A stretch of 62,279 nucleotides of DNA, filler included, from Chiloscyllium plagiosum (Eukaryota): NCBI RefSeq assembly GCF_004010195.1. It is 5 parts of one record of this genome, joined end to end, with 100 filler letters (N's around TTAATTAATTAA, not from the genome) between each part and the next. Parts side by side here need not be neighbours in the genome. Positions count along the whole stretch, not along the records: positions 1 to 11,438 come from NC_057716.1; positions 11,539 to 28,355 come from NC_057716.1; 3 more parts are not named here. One strand, 5' to 3'. How positions within the stretch are numbered: the first letter of the stretch is position 1; every line of letters starts with the position of its first letter. Below are positions 1-11,637 of this stretch, piece by piece. The notes below the pieces were generated by a model, which was not told where the DNA came from, did not search any database, and saw only the letters and a list, made by a program, of their open reading frames with translations. Position numbers and translations under genes: made by a program.

Positions 1-120
1 GAGATCGGGGTGGAAGGTGTTGGTAAAGTGGATGAACTGTTCAACCTCCTCGTGGGAGCACGAGGTAGCGCCGATACAGTCATCGATGTAGCGGAGGAAA
101 AGGTGGGGGATGGTGCCAGG
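1..120 (-). mobile_element. Penelope-like element, reverse transcriptase fragment (in ATG9A intron; continues off the left edge)
   Basis: Minus-strand translation PGTIPHLFLRYIDDCIGATSCSHEEVEQFIHFTNTFHPDL contains the PLE-type RYIDD catalytic motif. Confidence 0.8.
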
Positions 121-299
121 TGGGGGTATTGTGATGTGGAGATGTGGATCCGGTGTCGAGGGTGCTGGGTTCTCAGAGAAATGCTGTCACCATTCCACCT
201 GGGAAGAAGAGGGCCTTCTGTGTCTCCGGTTGTGTGGGAGAGGGTCTCTTAGACCCACGTCCTGGCTTGCTCCTGAAATGAAACTGTTTCTGTTCCCAG

Positions 300-479
300 G
301 TCTTCATCCTTGAGGAACTGCTGAGTCCCATCATCACTCCCTTCATCCTCATCTTCTGCTTACGGCGCAAGTCCCTCGAGATCATTGATTTCTTCCGTAA
401 CTTCACGGTGGAGGTTGTGGGTGTTGGGGATACCTGCTCCTTCGCCCAGATGGATGTGCGGCAGCATGGACACCCTGCA
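300..479 (+). CDS. ATG9A: Autophagy-related protein 9A, internal coding exon
   Basis: cccag|GTC...GCA|gtaagt. Translates VFILEELLSPIITPFILIFCLRRKSLEIIDFFRNFTVEVVGVGDTCSFAQMDVRQHGHPA, near-identical to vertebrate ATG9A as recalled (DTCSFAQMDVRQHGHP). Confidence 0.95.
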
Positions 480-980
480 GTAAGTGATGCCTAGCCTTGT
501 CCTCAGTGGAGTTCTCTTCCCTAAGGTGTGGTGGGTGCTGGGGGTCATTGAATGTATTCACACCTGATAGACAAGTGAGTTTCAGCTCATGGGGCACGGA
601 CAGGGAAATGCACCAAGATCAGTCACGATGGTGGAGCAGGGAAAGACTCCATCACAGCCCCCGACCTGGCACTGCCAGCTCGCTTACTGCCCAGCCCCAT
701 GTTTTGTGCCTTTGTTATTACTAAATTTGACCACTTCTGGCTGGTCTGCCGCATTCCAATCTCCGTAAACGTGAGCTCATCCAAAACTCTGTTCCCCCTG
801 TCCTTCTGTGTACCATGCCTTGATCTCCCATCACTCAATGACCTACAATGGCTCCCATCACAGTGACACCAACATTTCTAAATAAATGAAGATGTTAATG
901 GAACGCTGGTAGTCCTATCCAGAATGTAAGGGAATAGAAGTCACCTTTCAGCTGCATAAAGCCCTGACCAGCTCAAACCG

Positions 981-1094
981 CACCTAGCCATGCCACTGTA
1001 GGGTGGGCAGTGCTGACCACACCCAGCCATGCCACTGTAGGGCGGGCAGTGCTGACCACACCCAGCCATGCCACTGTAGGGTGGGCAGTGCTGA
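981..1094. repeat. 39-bp minisatellite, about 3 copies (ATG9A intron)
   Basis: Unit cacc(t/c)agccatgccactgtaggg(t/c)gggcagtgctgacca starting at 981, 1020 and 1059. Confidence 0.9.
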
Positions 1095-1394
1095 TCGGAG
1101 GCAAACTAAAATGCATGATCAATTTTAAATTAAATCAAAATTCAATGGAGATAAAGGACGTGGGGCAGAAGGTCATAGATCATTCATGGTCTTAGTTTAC
1201 AGAGAAACAGACTCGATGGGGTGAATGGCCTCCTGCACCTGTGTAACAATTGCAAGGGGCTGAATGGCCTCTTTCTGTTCATATGAAAGGGCATTTCTCA
1301 CAATCTCTCCTTGTGTTACTGGATGTCATTTTAGTTTGATGCAGTTCCTTGGAATATTATAAAACTGAGTTTTTGTCACTTTACTGCCTGCCAG

Positions 1395-1640
1395 TGGTTT
1401 TCGGGGGGTAAGACAGAGGCTTCCATCTATCAGCAAGCTGAGGATGGCAAAACCGAGCTCTCCCTCATGCATTTTGCCATCACAAACCCTCGGTGGCAAC
1501 CCCCTCAGGACAGTACTGCCTTCATCAGCCAACTGAAGGAGAAGGTCAACCGAGAGAAGGGTGCGGTGATCGGAAACCACAGCCTCCTTCCAGAAAACGG
1601 CTTCTTCGCATCTTTGCAGTCCGTACAGTCGGAGTCTGAG
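1395..1640 (+). CDS. ATG9A: ATG9A coding exon
   Basis: ccag|TGG...GAG|gtaagg. WFSGGKTEASIYQQAEDGKTELSLMHFAITNPRWQPP...LQSVQSESE; phase 0 at both ends. Confidence 0.95.
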
Positions 1641-1654
1641 GTAAGGAGCAAACA

Positions 1655-1815
1655 GGGGCTGGGGAGAGAGACACAGGCCAGTCCCACAGAGCATCACAGG
1701 CTGGGGAGAGACAGACCAATCCACAGGCACCACGGGCTGGGGAGAGACGCAGGCCAGTCCCACGGGGCACCATGGGCTGGGGAGAGACAGAGACCAGTCC
1801 CACAGGGCACCAGGG
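1655..1815. repeat. About 40-bp degenerate minisatellite, about 4 copies (ATG9A intron)
   Basis: Recurring gggctggggagagac...ccagtcccac...gcacca. Confidence 0.8.
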
Positions 1816-1999
1816 GTGGTTTGGGGGAGAGATGGGGGAAGTTGGTGTGTTGGGAGCAAATCCTGGTCCCAAAGAGCTCTTGGGGTAAGTGGGAGGAGGT
1901 GTGGAAAGGCCTGTTCCACAGAGCTCTTGGGTGGAGGTGAGGGGCTTTTTGAGCAGGTTATCTAAGTTTCCTAATGATGAGCCCCTTGTGTTGTTGCAG

Positions 2000-2181
2000 C
2001 CTCACAGTCTGATCACAAACCTGATTGCGGGCCCCCCCTCCCTGGTGTTTCAGAGAGGGCGAGAGGGACCATTGGATCCAGCTTCCTCACTGCGATCATT
2101 CTCTCCAGGACAGAATGTTCCAGGCAGTCTCCACACCTCCCTGCTGCGGAACAAGCCAGGACGACACACAGCTGGATCCGG
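2000..2181 (+). CDS. ATG9A: ATG9A coding exon
   Basis: ttgcag|CCT...TCC GG|gtaaaa. PHSLITNLIAG...ASSLRSFSP...AGSG; the phase 2 end matches the next exon. Confidence 0.85.
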
Positions 2182-2399
2182 GTAAAATCAACACACTCAC
2201 TGTCTGACTAACCAGGTTCTTGTAGTTAACCAGCAGTTTATCCAATCAGCTTCCTGTTCCTTGCCAAATGAATCTCCCCTCTCTCCATCACTGCTGTGTA
2301 TCCAATCACCAGGCAACAGAGAGGCTGGCAGGAATAGATCAGAGGATTTGTGTGAATGGGCAGAGTGTGGGGAGGGGAGTGTCCTTTTTAATTTACTTA

Positions 2400-3005
2400 T
2401 AATGTAGGCATCTCTGGTTGGGCCCAACATTTATTACCAGTCCCTCGTTGCCCCCTTGAGGAGGTGGGGGTGAGCTGCCTTGAACTGCTGCAGTCCATGT
2501 GCTGTGGGTAGACCCACAATGCCCTTAGGGAGGGAATTCCAGGTTGATTGCGCTGCAACAACAAAGCTGGATTTCCCTGTGACCGTGGGTAAGAATTGTA
2601 ATTGGGGTGGGGTGTGAAATAGGAACACCGGGATTAGGAGTGGGAGGAGGCCATTCAGCCCTTTGAGCCCATTCTGACATCTAACATGATCATGACTGAT
2701 CTTATCCTGGTCCCAACTCCACTCTCCCGCCTGCTCCCCACAGCCCTTTATCCCATGTTTCATCAGAAACCATATTAATTTCTTTTTTGAATGTGTTACT
2801 GATTCTGCTTTCACTGCCCTCTGGGACAGTGAGTTCCACAGATCCACAACCCTCTGAGAGAAACAGTTTCTCCCCATCTCTGTTTAGAACCTCCCTCCTC
2901 TCACTCTATATCGACGTCCTCTTGTTGGAGACTGTCCCACAAGGGAGAACCTCTGTTTAACAACCACCTTATCAATCCCTTTAGTATTTTATATCCCTCA
3001 ATCAG
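2400..3005 (-). mobile_element. Adjacent decayed LINE/SINE 3'-end fragments
   Basis: The 2430-2570 motif recurs at about 8590, 27990 and 39330. The ORF remnant FSQRVVDLWNSL is the CR1-type ORF2 C-terminus. Confidence 0.7.
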
Positions 3006-3007
3006 AT

Positions 3008-3180
3008 CCTGAGGAGCTGGAGAATCAACATTTTGGGCAAAATCCCTTCATCAGGAATGAGGCAGAGAGACTCTGGGTGGAGACATAAATGGGAGGAGGT
3101 GGGGCTGGGGGGAGGGTAGCTGAGTGTGCAGTAGGTGGATGGAGGTGGGAGTAAAGGTGATAGGTTGGAGGGGAGGGTGA
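3008..3180 (-). mobile_element. PLE family A terminal fragment (degenerate hammerhead), running into a gap
   Basis: Reverse complement reads ttcctgatgaagggattttgcccaaaatgttgatt plus the C-rich upstream region shared with other copies. Confidence 0.75.
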
Positions 3181-3876
3181 NNNNNNNNNNNNNNNNNNNN
3201 NNNNNNNNNNNNNNNNNNNNNNNNNNNNNNNNNNNNNNNNNNNNNNNNNNNNNNNNNNNNNNNNNNNNNNNNNNNNNNNNNNNNNNNNNNNNNNNNNNNN
3301 NNNNNNNNNNNNNNNNNNNNNNNNNNNNNNNNNNNNNNNNNNNNNNNNNNNNNNNNNNNNNNNNNNNNNNNNNNTAAGTAAATTGTTTGGTTGGTAGTGG
3401 TTGGCTGACAAGTGGTTTGGTCCTGATGGAACTTCATGCTTGGCTTTTAAAAGAAGTAGCAAGTGAGATAGTCTATGCATTTGTTTTAATTTTTGGAAAC
3501 TTCCTAGATTTGGAGAAGGTCCAATTAAATTGGAAGATAGCAAATGGAGGACAGAAAGCAGTAATAGGCCATTTAGTGCACAGGGAAAATGGTAGAAGCT
3601 GTTATATAGTAAGTTACAGCTGGGCAATGAGATAAATTCAAGGTAACCAAGGAAAGTCAACTTGATTTTTGAAAAGGATTTCCTGCTTAACCAATCTTTT
3701 AGAGTTTTTTTTAAGGAAATAAAATGTGCTGTTCACAAACGGTGAATATAGCGAACTTCGATTACTACAAAGCATTAGATAAAATGCCACTTCAAATTTT
3801 ATTGCAGACAACAAAATGTCATGGCGTCACACTGGCACAGGTATAAGAAGTTCTCCTCCTCTCTCTACAAGGCACT

Positions 3877-4290
3877 CTTCAGCTACCTCCCCCCCAGCCC
3901 CATCCCCCTCCCATTTATCTCTCCACACCCGAGGCTCCCAGCCTCATTCCTGCTGAAGGGCTCCAGCCCGAAACATCGATTTTCCTGCCTCTCAGATGCT
4001 GCCAGACCTGCTGTGCTTTCCCAGGGCCACACTTTTTGACGACTCCACCGCAGCCTATTTTCTCACCTATTTAATGTTGCTAGGTTACATCTGTTCCTAT
4101 TTGCAGATCATTTATATAGATTGCAGACCTCAACCATTTCCAAATTGAACGCTGTGACACACCCCCCACTCATCAGGAAATGAAGGGCTTTTTGCCCGAA
4201 GTATTCATTTTCCTGCTCCTCGGATGCTGCCTGACCTGCGCTTTTCCAGCACGACATTCTAATCCCCAGCATCTGCAGTTCTCATTTTCG
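3877..4290 (+). mobile_element. Two decayed PLE family A terminal fragments (about 3877-4038 and 4170-4290)
   Basis: gggc...gcccgaa...gatgctgcc...acctg...ccag motif shared with the intact copies. Confidence 0.75.
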
Positions 4291-5006
4291 TCACATCCGG
4301 TGATGCCCATTACCCACCTTGCTGGTTACATCCTCAAAGAACTCCAGCAAGTTTGTCGAAACTGTGCTAGCACTGGTAAATTCAGCTTTGTTTTCCTCCT
4401 TTATGATTGACTCCAGCAACTTCCCCACAACAGACTAACTGGTCTACTGTTTCTGAATTTTTGCCTGTTTTTTTGAATAAGTACACACTGGCATGTTTCC
4501 AAACCATTGGTATCTTTCCAAATTTATCTGGATTCTGGAAAATCATACTGATGTAGCCATTATCTCTGCTGTAAGCTGATTTAATACCTTAAGCCTGGGG
4601 ATCTATCTGCCTTTGATCCCATCAGTTTACTTAATACCTTCTCCCTAGTTTTAGTAATTTCACCAAGTTCCTCTCTAGTAACTGCAGTTTTTGGAAAGAA
4701 ATAATCATCTTCCACTGAAAACAAGAGACAAAATATTTCTGTTGAGGGTGGTCCTGGTTTGGAGAGGGATGAGACCAGTGGGTTATACACATTGTTATTG
4801 GTGGCTGGTAGTTTGTGGGTGAGAGGAACTGAGTCTTTCCCTGTAAGTATCTCCAGGCCACACTCTCCTCCAGCCAGCCAAGTGTATCATTGGTCTCTGT
4901 ATATTCCCTGTTTCCTTTCGCTGTGCTGCAGTAACTAGATTAGGCTTTGGTACTGCTCTTCCCAGCTGCTGTCTGACCCCTCTCTCCCTGTCTCTGTTGC
5001 TGGCAG

Positions 5007-5124
5007 TGTCGATATGAAAATGATGAGTTCTGGGAGCAGTGCCTGGGAGGGACAGCTCCAGAGTATGGTGCTTTCCGAATATGCTTCGACTGAAATGAGT
5101 TTGCATGCACTCTACATGCACGAG
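5007..5124 (+). CDS. ATG9A: ATG9A coding exon
   Basis: ggcag|T GTC...GAG|gtaagc. VDMKMMSSGSSAWEGQLQSMVLSEYASTEMSLHALYMHE. Confidence 0.95.
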
Positions 5125-5559
5125 GTAAGCAAGGCTCCTCCAGTACCACCATGCCCTGCTCCCCTCAGCATCCCCCTCAGGTGAACCTAACCAACGATAT
5201 CTCCACTCACTGTTTCTATTCACTCCCCAACGATGTCAGCTGATGGAGCCATCCTGTTCTCAGCATTCTGCCCCCAGGTCATTCACTAAGCTATATCTGT
5301 GCTTCACTGTCTCCAGCAGCTCCCCACCCCTTGGACTCTCCTTGTGCACCTTCAGCTCTGATCAGTTTTCTTTGTTAACTTTGTTCATGTCCTCTCCAAG
5401 CTCATTTTGTCCGTGGGACCCACCACCTATTCTTGTAGCATCATTATGGCGCAGCTAGAGGCCCTTTGGTCTATCGACTCCTTACTATCCCTATTCCTAT
5501 TAAACTACCAACCACTTAGCCTCCCTGCTGAGCCTCTGTGTTAGCCAATAGCCTTAATG

Positions 5560-6880
5560 TTTCAAAGGATAACTAAAAAAAATGAGAAGAAAAGATGAGT
5601 TATGAGAGTAAGTTGGCTAGTAATACAAAAAAGATTGCAAGACTCTCTTTAGATGTTTCAAAGGTAAGAAAGAGGCAAGAGTGGACACTGGACCGCTGGA
5701 AAACGAGTAATGGGGAAGAAAGAAATGGCAGAGGAACTGAGTAAGTACATGATGTCAGTTTTCATAGTGGGAGATACAAGCGGCATTCCAGAACTTTGAG
5801 AATTAGTGGACAATGGTGGGTTTAGTGGCCATAAGGAAGGAGAAGGTGCTGGTCTGAAGGTGGATAAATCACCTGGGCCAGATGGACAACACCCCAGGGT
5901 TCTGAAGGAGATCATTGGGATTATAGAGGCATTGATAGTGATCTTTCAGGAATCAATGGAGTCAGGGTCCCAGAGGACTGGAAAATGGCTAATGTAACCC
6001 CCATGTATAAGAAGGGACGGAGGCAGAAGATGGGGAATAACACGGCAATTAGCTTGACCTTGGTTGTTGGTAAAATTTTAGAGCTCATTATTGAGGATGA
6101 GATTGTGGAGTACTTGGAAGCACAGGGGAGAATAGGGCTGAGTCAGCATGGCTTCGTCACCGGGAGGTTATACCTGAAGCATCTGTTAGAATTTGTTGAG
6201 GAGTTAACATGCAAGTTAGACAAAGGAGAGCCAGAGGATGTGATCTGTTTGGATTTCCGGAAGGTCTTTGACAAGTTGCCGCACAGGCGGTTGCCAAATA
6301 AGGTGAGAGCCCATGGTGTTAGGGACAAGGTACTGGCATGGATAGAGGATTGGCTGACTGGCAGAAGGCAGAGAACGGCGATAAAGGGGGCTTCTTCAGG
6401 ATGGCAGCTGGTGACTAGTGGAGTTTCACAGGGGTCAGTGTTGGGACCACAACTATTCATGTTATACATTAACAATCTGGACAAAAGAACTGAGGCCTTT
6501 GTTATTGCAGATGACACAGAGATAGATGGCGGGACAGGTAGTGTTGTGGAAATGGGGAAGTTGCAGAACAAAGTGGACAGGCTAGGGGAGGGCCAAGGGC
6601 ACAGCTTCAGGGTGAAGGGATTACCTATTTAGAATTGAGATGAGGAAGTTCTTCAGCCAGAGGTCGGGTAATCTGTGAAGCTCATTGCTGCAGAGGGCTG
6701 TGGACCCAAAGTCACTGAGTGTATTTAAGGCAGAGATAGATAGGTTCTTGATTAGTAAAAGGGATCAAGGGTTATAGGGAGAAGGTAGGAGAATGGGACT
6801 GAGAAACATATCAGCCATGATCGAATGTGGAGTAGACTCGATAGACTGAATGGCCTAATTGTACTCTGATATCTTATGGT
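5560..6880 (+). mobile_element. CR1 LINE, decayed ORF2 RT and 3' end
   Basis: KSPGPDG, SQHGF, LDFRKVFDKLPH, SGVSQGSVLGP and ADDT motifs. Confidence 0.9.
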
Positions 6881-7879
6881 GTCTGTCTTCAGGGGTTGTC
6901 CCTCTCCTTTCAATCTGGTGTCACAATCCCTCCCTTCAAAAAAGAAACAGCCCTTGAGCTTTCCCATCCTGTCACCAAACTCCCACATCCTTTCTCAGGA
7001 CTCCATATTAGAATCTCTCCAACCAGCTGTCTGGCCAGTCAATACTGAAACAGCTCCTCTCTAAGTTATGAATCTCGCTGCTAGTAAACGTGGTAAACAT
7101 TCCCCCCTCATGATTCACAGCCTGGCTGCACCCTCCATCCTCCTCCAACCCCTCTCCACCATCATCCAGCTGCTGTGATTGCTCACTCTTGGTCCCAGTC
7201 TCATCATAGGGAAAGAATCTCTGGAAATTCCCTTCCTGCTCCTGTTCCTTCTGTGTTCCTGAATGATCCCTAACTCCTCCTACTTACCTACAGTCTGTCC
7301 CTCAGCAGCCAACACGCTGTCAATTTTCACAGAAGCAGAGGAAAGCTGTTCACCATCTTGTATCATTCGGAGAGATTGTATCGTTTGTATTGTAACCCCA
7401 TTGCCCTGCCTTGTTTCCATACACCTTGAATCACTCCCCCCAATTAAATCGTTCCATCTCTATTGTAACGTTTTAAATGGACCCTGAGCACCAGCATGGA
7501 GGGCGAGAACATCAGATCGTTACTCTGAGGGAAAATGCCTTCTGACATCAGCCCTGAATGATGCTCACTTGTCTGTGCTCCCCGCCCCTTCCCCCAACCA
7601 GAGTTTTTTCTGTTGATCCTAAAAAAAGTTTTCAAGCATTTTAAGCATTTCAGTTAGATCACCCCTTAATCTTCTACTTTCTAAGGAAGCAAACACAGTC
7701 TGTGTCACCTGCTCTCATAATTTAATCTGTTTCATCCACGGAATCTTTGTGGGGAATCCGCCCTGTTTTCTCCTTCCTTCAAGGCCCAGATCTCCTGCCT
7801 GAGGTGTGGCACCCAAAGCTGGTCCAAGTGTATGGTTAAACTGCCAAAGCAACTCACCCAGCTGTCTGTCTGCCTGCAG

Positions 7880-8108
7880 CTTCACAAACAGCAAATGCAA
7901 GGAGAACCATCTCGTCACCTATGGCACCGACAAGACAGTGATGACAGCGGTGAGAGTGGTCTGGAGGAGGCTGAGCTGAGGAGACCATCGCCAATGACCA
8001 TCCCACGATCCTCTACCTACCCCGTCACTGCCAGCAGAACAACGGATCTCCGTGAGGAACCAGCCGGTCTCTTGCACACTATCCACAGGAGATATGGAGG
8101 AATCGACA
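7880..8108 (+). CDS. ATG9A: ATG9A coding exon
   Basis: ctgcag|CTT...GAC A|gtaaga. LHKQQMQGEPSRHLWHRQDSDDSGES...IPRSSTYP...RRYGGID; phase 1 end. Confidence 0.92.
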
Positions 8109-9084
8109 GTAAGACTGGGGCTTACTGGGGTTAATAACATAACCAGTAACTGGAAACCAATGCTTACACTTTGTGCTCAGTGTTATTTCCAAATGGTACA
8201 CCTGCCTGTGCCCCTGTAATGTTTGACTCCTGGCCCTGAGTGAATAGACCCATGCCTCTACATTTCCAGGCTCGAGGGGCTTCTCGCTGCACTTCAGGTT
8301 TTTGTTCTATAATCACACTGTGTGAGTGTGTCAGTGGTTGTTTAATCTCTGTATTGATAACAAGCTGTACAGTAGGTGTGAAAGTAAATTAATCCCTCGG
8401 GACTAGTAAGTACTCATCTAAATGGTTCAGGAGCATCTCATTTTTTTAAATGCATTAATTTGATTTGAGTTATTGTAGTCACATGTACCTCAGCACAGTG
8501 AAAATCTTTGATTTGCAAGCAGTACAAGCAGGTCATAGCAAGTAATACAGATCATAGTGTGTTTCGAAGGAATGTGAAATTGCTGATTGGGCCAACTTTT
8601 ATTTCCCATCCCTAGTTGCCCCTTGAGAAGGTGGGGGTGAGCCGTTGCCTTGAACAGCTGCAGTCCACATGCTGTAGGTTGACCTGCAATGCCTTTGGCA
8701 GAGTTGGTGTTCAGGACTGGCTTTCCCATTGTCTTTCCTAGTGCCAGCATGTTACCGGGTCTGTCCAGTTCGTTTCCATTTGTTTTGGTAACAGTTTCTA
8801 CAACTGAGGGGTTTTCTGGCCCATTTCAGGGAGGCAGTAATAGGCAAGCACGTTGCTGTGGGTCTGGAGTCACATGTAGGCCAAACCAGGGTAAGGATGG
8901 CACATTAGTGAACCAGATGTGTTTTTTTTAATTAACCGCAATCAATGATATTGTCACAGTCACCATTACAGAGACCCCCACCATTTTATTCCCAGTCAGA
9001 GTTGACAGCGGCTGTGGTGGGGTTTGAAACCATGATTCTAGGCTGCCACCCTCTGGATTCATACCTCATCACCATTCCCTTGGG

Positions 9085-9225
9085 GGGTAAAAAGGGGATG
9101 CTGGAGCAACTCAACAGGCCTGGCAGCATCTCTGAAGAGAGAAACAGAATTAGTGTTTGGAGTCTGGTATGACTCTTGTTCAGAACTTAGATTTCCAAGG
9201 TCTGTAGTATTTTGCTTTTGTTACA
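9085..9225. mobile_element. PLE family C short terminal element (degenerate hammerhead on -)
   Basis: Reverse complement gttctgaacaagagtcataccagactccaaacactaattc; similar to 35177-35378 and 46774-46917. Confidence 0.55.
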
Positions 9226-9324
9226 TTCACTGGGGCTCACATTCCAAGCCCTCAGCTCCCTAATAGTAAACCACCTTATCTTTGTTTACCATCTTTTCCA
9301 TCATATCGCCATTTTTCTTTCTAG

Positions 9325-9455
9325 GTTCTACTGAACCCCAAAGGCCATTCTCCCAACAGCCCATGGGGGGCTGGACGGAAAGCTCACCCCTTCAACATGC
9401 TGATCCTGTACCAGAGGAGGGATTGGAGGATGAACTGCCCCCACAAATGCACCAG
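9325..9455 (+). CDS. ATG9A: ATG9A penultimate coding exon
   Basis: tttctag|GT...CAG|gtaact. STEPQRPFSQQPMGGWTESSPLQHADPVPEEGLEDELPPQMHQ; phase consistent with the previous exon. Confidence 0.92.
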
Positions 9456-9656
9456 GTAACTAGCTTTCTGCCCCCGGTAACCCGTGCAGGACAGGCCCAG
9501 GCTATGGGGAGGTATGCAGTACTGAGACCCACAGAGCGTGGAGTGTGAGGCATGCATTCTTAGAAACGGTATGGGTCTGGGCTGTTGGGGGGGTGGGGCG
9601 TGTGGACCTGAGGATCAGGGCCACTTTGTTCACTGATTTTTTTTTATATTTTGAAG

Positions 9657-9662
9657 GTGTAG
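9657..9662 (+). CDS. ATG9A: ATG9A terminal exon, coding part (Val-stop)
   Basis: T-rich tract then aag|GTG TAG. Mirrors the mammalian ATG9A C-terminus (...PPQVHK|V*). Confidence 0.8.
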   Translation: M

Positions 9663-9865
9663 TTGATCTGGAGTATCTAACAGATGGTGAAGATGATCCA
9701 AGAGTTGGGGGCTTTCAGGTGCTTACTGCTGCTGCATTGTCCAATGCATGGCCCACTGGTGTATGTTTAACTTAATTTATTGCAATGAAATTGGTATTTG
9801 TGCATTTGGGTGATGAAGTATGCCAAACTACACCCCAGAATGTTCTGAAAAATTTTGCCATTTTT

Positions 9866-9871
9866 AATAAA
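9866..9871 (+). promoter_or_regulatory. Probable ATG9A polyadenylation signal
   Basis: First AATAAA about 200 nt after the stop, followed by T-rich sequence. Confidence 0.6.
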
Positions 9872-9983
9872 TCATTGTGAAAGTCTTTGAATATTTATTT
9901 TTAGTAATCCCTCTGGTTTCCCATCCATCAGAATCCTGAATAATGTTTTAAATAGCCCAAAGTCTACTGCTTCCATGACAGGG

Positions 9984-10112
9984 CTGGGACAGCGGCAGAG
10001 TTGGCCTGTCTCTGTCTGGGACAGCGGCAGAGTTGGCCTGTCTCTGTCGTCTGGGACAGCGGCAGAGTTGGCCTGTCTCTGTCTGGGACAGCGGCAGAGT
10101 TGGCCTGTCTCT
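9984..10112. repeat. 32-bp minisatellite, 4 copies
   Basis: ctgggacagcggcagagttggcctgtctctgt at 9984, 10016, 10051 and 10083. Confidence 0.95.
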
Positions 10113-10114
10113 CT

Positions 10115-10237
10115 GGGGCTTTTGCCCGAAACGTTGATTCTCCTGCTCCTCGGATGCTGCCTGACCTGCTGTGCTTTTCCAGCACCACTCTGATCTAAAC
10201 TCTGGTTTCCAGCATCTGCAGTCCTCACTTCTGCCTC
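10115..10237 (+). mobile_element. PLE family A 3' terminal fragment, truncated inside the hammerhead
   Basis: gggcttttgcccgaaacgttgattctcctgctcctcggatgctgcctgacctgctgtgcttttccagca...catctgcagtcctcactt. Confidence 0.85.
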
Positions 10238-11296
10238 TCTGGGCAGAGATGCATTTTTAAGATTAGATGTTGTTTGTTCTCCTCTTGGTTGTTTGTTGAC
10301 TCTCTTATTTTCGATTCTGTTCTGTCAAAGGAATTTCTTGTTTGATGGACTTTAAAAGTCTGAGTAAACAGAGTGAGGAATTGGTTTATCCCAGTGTGGA
10401 GCAACATTTTGTTCATTGTTATGGGAACGTAAGGATAGAAAACCATTCAGCCCCTCGAGTCTGCCATTAATTGAGTTCTGATTGATCTGTCTCTCCATAT
10501 CTCACAGACTAGTTTGAGAGTTTTCCCTGATATCCAGGTCAATGTTTATCCCTCATGCAACATTAGATAAAACTGATGATCACCATTGCCATTGGTGGCA
10601 GCTTGCTGTGTGTTCATTGGCTGCTGCATGTTTTTTCATTATAATAATGACTGTTTATTTTCAAAACAAACCACTCTCTCTTAGCTGTGAAACATTTGGG
10701 GACCTCCAGTGAGCTTGAACAAAGCTTTGTACAGGTGCAGGTCTGAGGAAGAGTTCTGTGAGAGCTGCTGAGTTTCTCCAGCATTCTGATAACTTAATAT
10801 TCATGCATGGAGCAAACACCCATCCAAGTCTGCATTGCTATTTCTGTTGTTATTTCCATTTCAAGTGAGTGCATTCCAGATTTCCATTCTGTCATGTGAC
10901 GACCTGTTTCCTGACTTCACCACCACCAGCACCTTCCCCCACCCCCCAGGACCTAGCTGTGGTTTTAAGGTTCAGCCCCTTGTTGTGGACTCCCTCTCTC
11001 TGTAAACCCCAGCCCTAGTTGACCCTAAGGCAATCAATCCTGTAAACGCCTTAATGAGATTGCCCTAGATGTATTGTCACTATTCTAATAATCCAGAGAC
11101 CCCAATAACTTTGAGAACCTGGTTTTGAATCCCACCTCAGCAGATATGAGTTCAATAAAACTGTGGCATTGAAAGCATTGTTGATTGTTGTAAAAACTTA
11201 CCTGGTTCACTAATGCCCTTCAGGGAAGGAAATCTGAGCTGAAAAATGTGTTGCTGGAAAAGCACAGCAAATCAGGCAGCATCCAAGGAGCAGGAG

Positions 11297-11332
11297 AATC
11301 AACGTTTCGGGCATGAGCCCTTCTTCAGGAAT
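11297..11332 (-). ncRNA. Minimal hammerhead ribozyme motif
   Basis: AUUC CUGAAGA A GGGC-UCAU-GCCC GAAAC GUU GAUU. Confidence 0.7.
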
Positions 11333-11438
11333 GAGGAAGGTGTGCCAAGCAGGCTAAGATAAAAGGTAGGGAGGAGGGACTTGGGGGAGGGGCGTTGGGA
11401 ATGCGATAGATGGAAGGAGGTTAAGGTGAGGGTGATAG

Positions 11439-11538
11439 NNNNNNNNNNNNNNNNNNNNNNNNNNNNNNNNNNNNNNNNNNNNTTAATTAATTAANNNNNN
11501 NNNNNNNNNNNNNNNNNNNNNNNNNNNNNNNNNNNNNN
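11439..11538. other. 100-bp scaffolding gap with artificial TTAATTAATTAA linker (also 28356-28455, 45405-45504, 59014-59113)
   Basis: Identical N44-TTAATTAATTAA-N44 structure at four places. Confidence 0.95.
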
Positions 11539-11601
11539 ACGCCCCTCCCCCAAGTCCCTCCTCCCTACCTTTTATCTTAGCCTGCTTGGCACACCCTCCT
11601 C

Positions 11602-11637
11602 ATTCCTGAAGAAGGGCTTATGCCCGAAACGTCGATT
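11602..11637 (+). ncRNA. Minimal hammerhead ribozyme motif
   Basis: AUUC CUGAAGA A GGGC-UUAU-GCCC GAAAC GUC GAUU. Confidence 0.75.

Noticed and set aside
300..9662. Assignment as ATG9B
   Set aside because: The C-terminal exons (SEYASTEMSLHALYMH, RRYGGI, EDELPPQ.H.V*) match the long ATG9A tail.
9984..10112. 32-bp direct repeats resembling a CRISPR array (also the 39-bp repeats at 981-1094)
   Set aside because: Repeats are head-to-tail without unique spacers, there are no cas genes, and the context is vertebrate.
11483..11494. TTAATTAATTAA island inside N runs (also 28400, 45449, 59058)
   Set aside because: Identical N44-12-N44 layout each time, with stops in all six frames. This is an assembly linker, not a biological motif or a piggyBac TTAA site.
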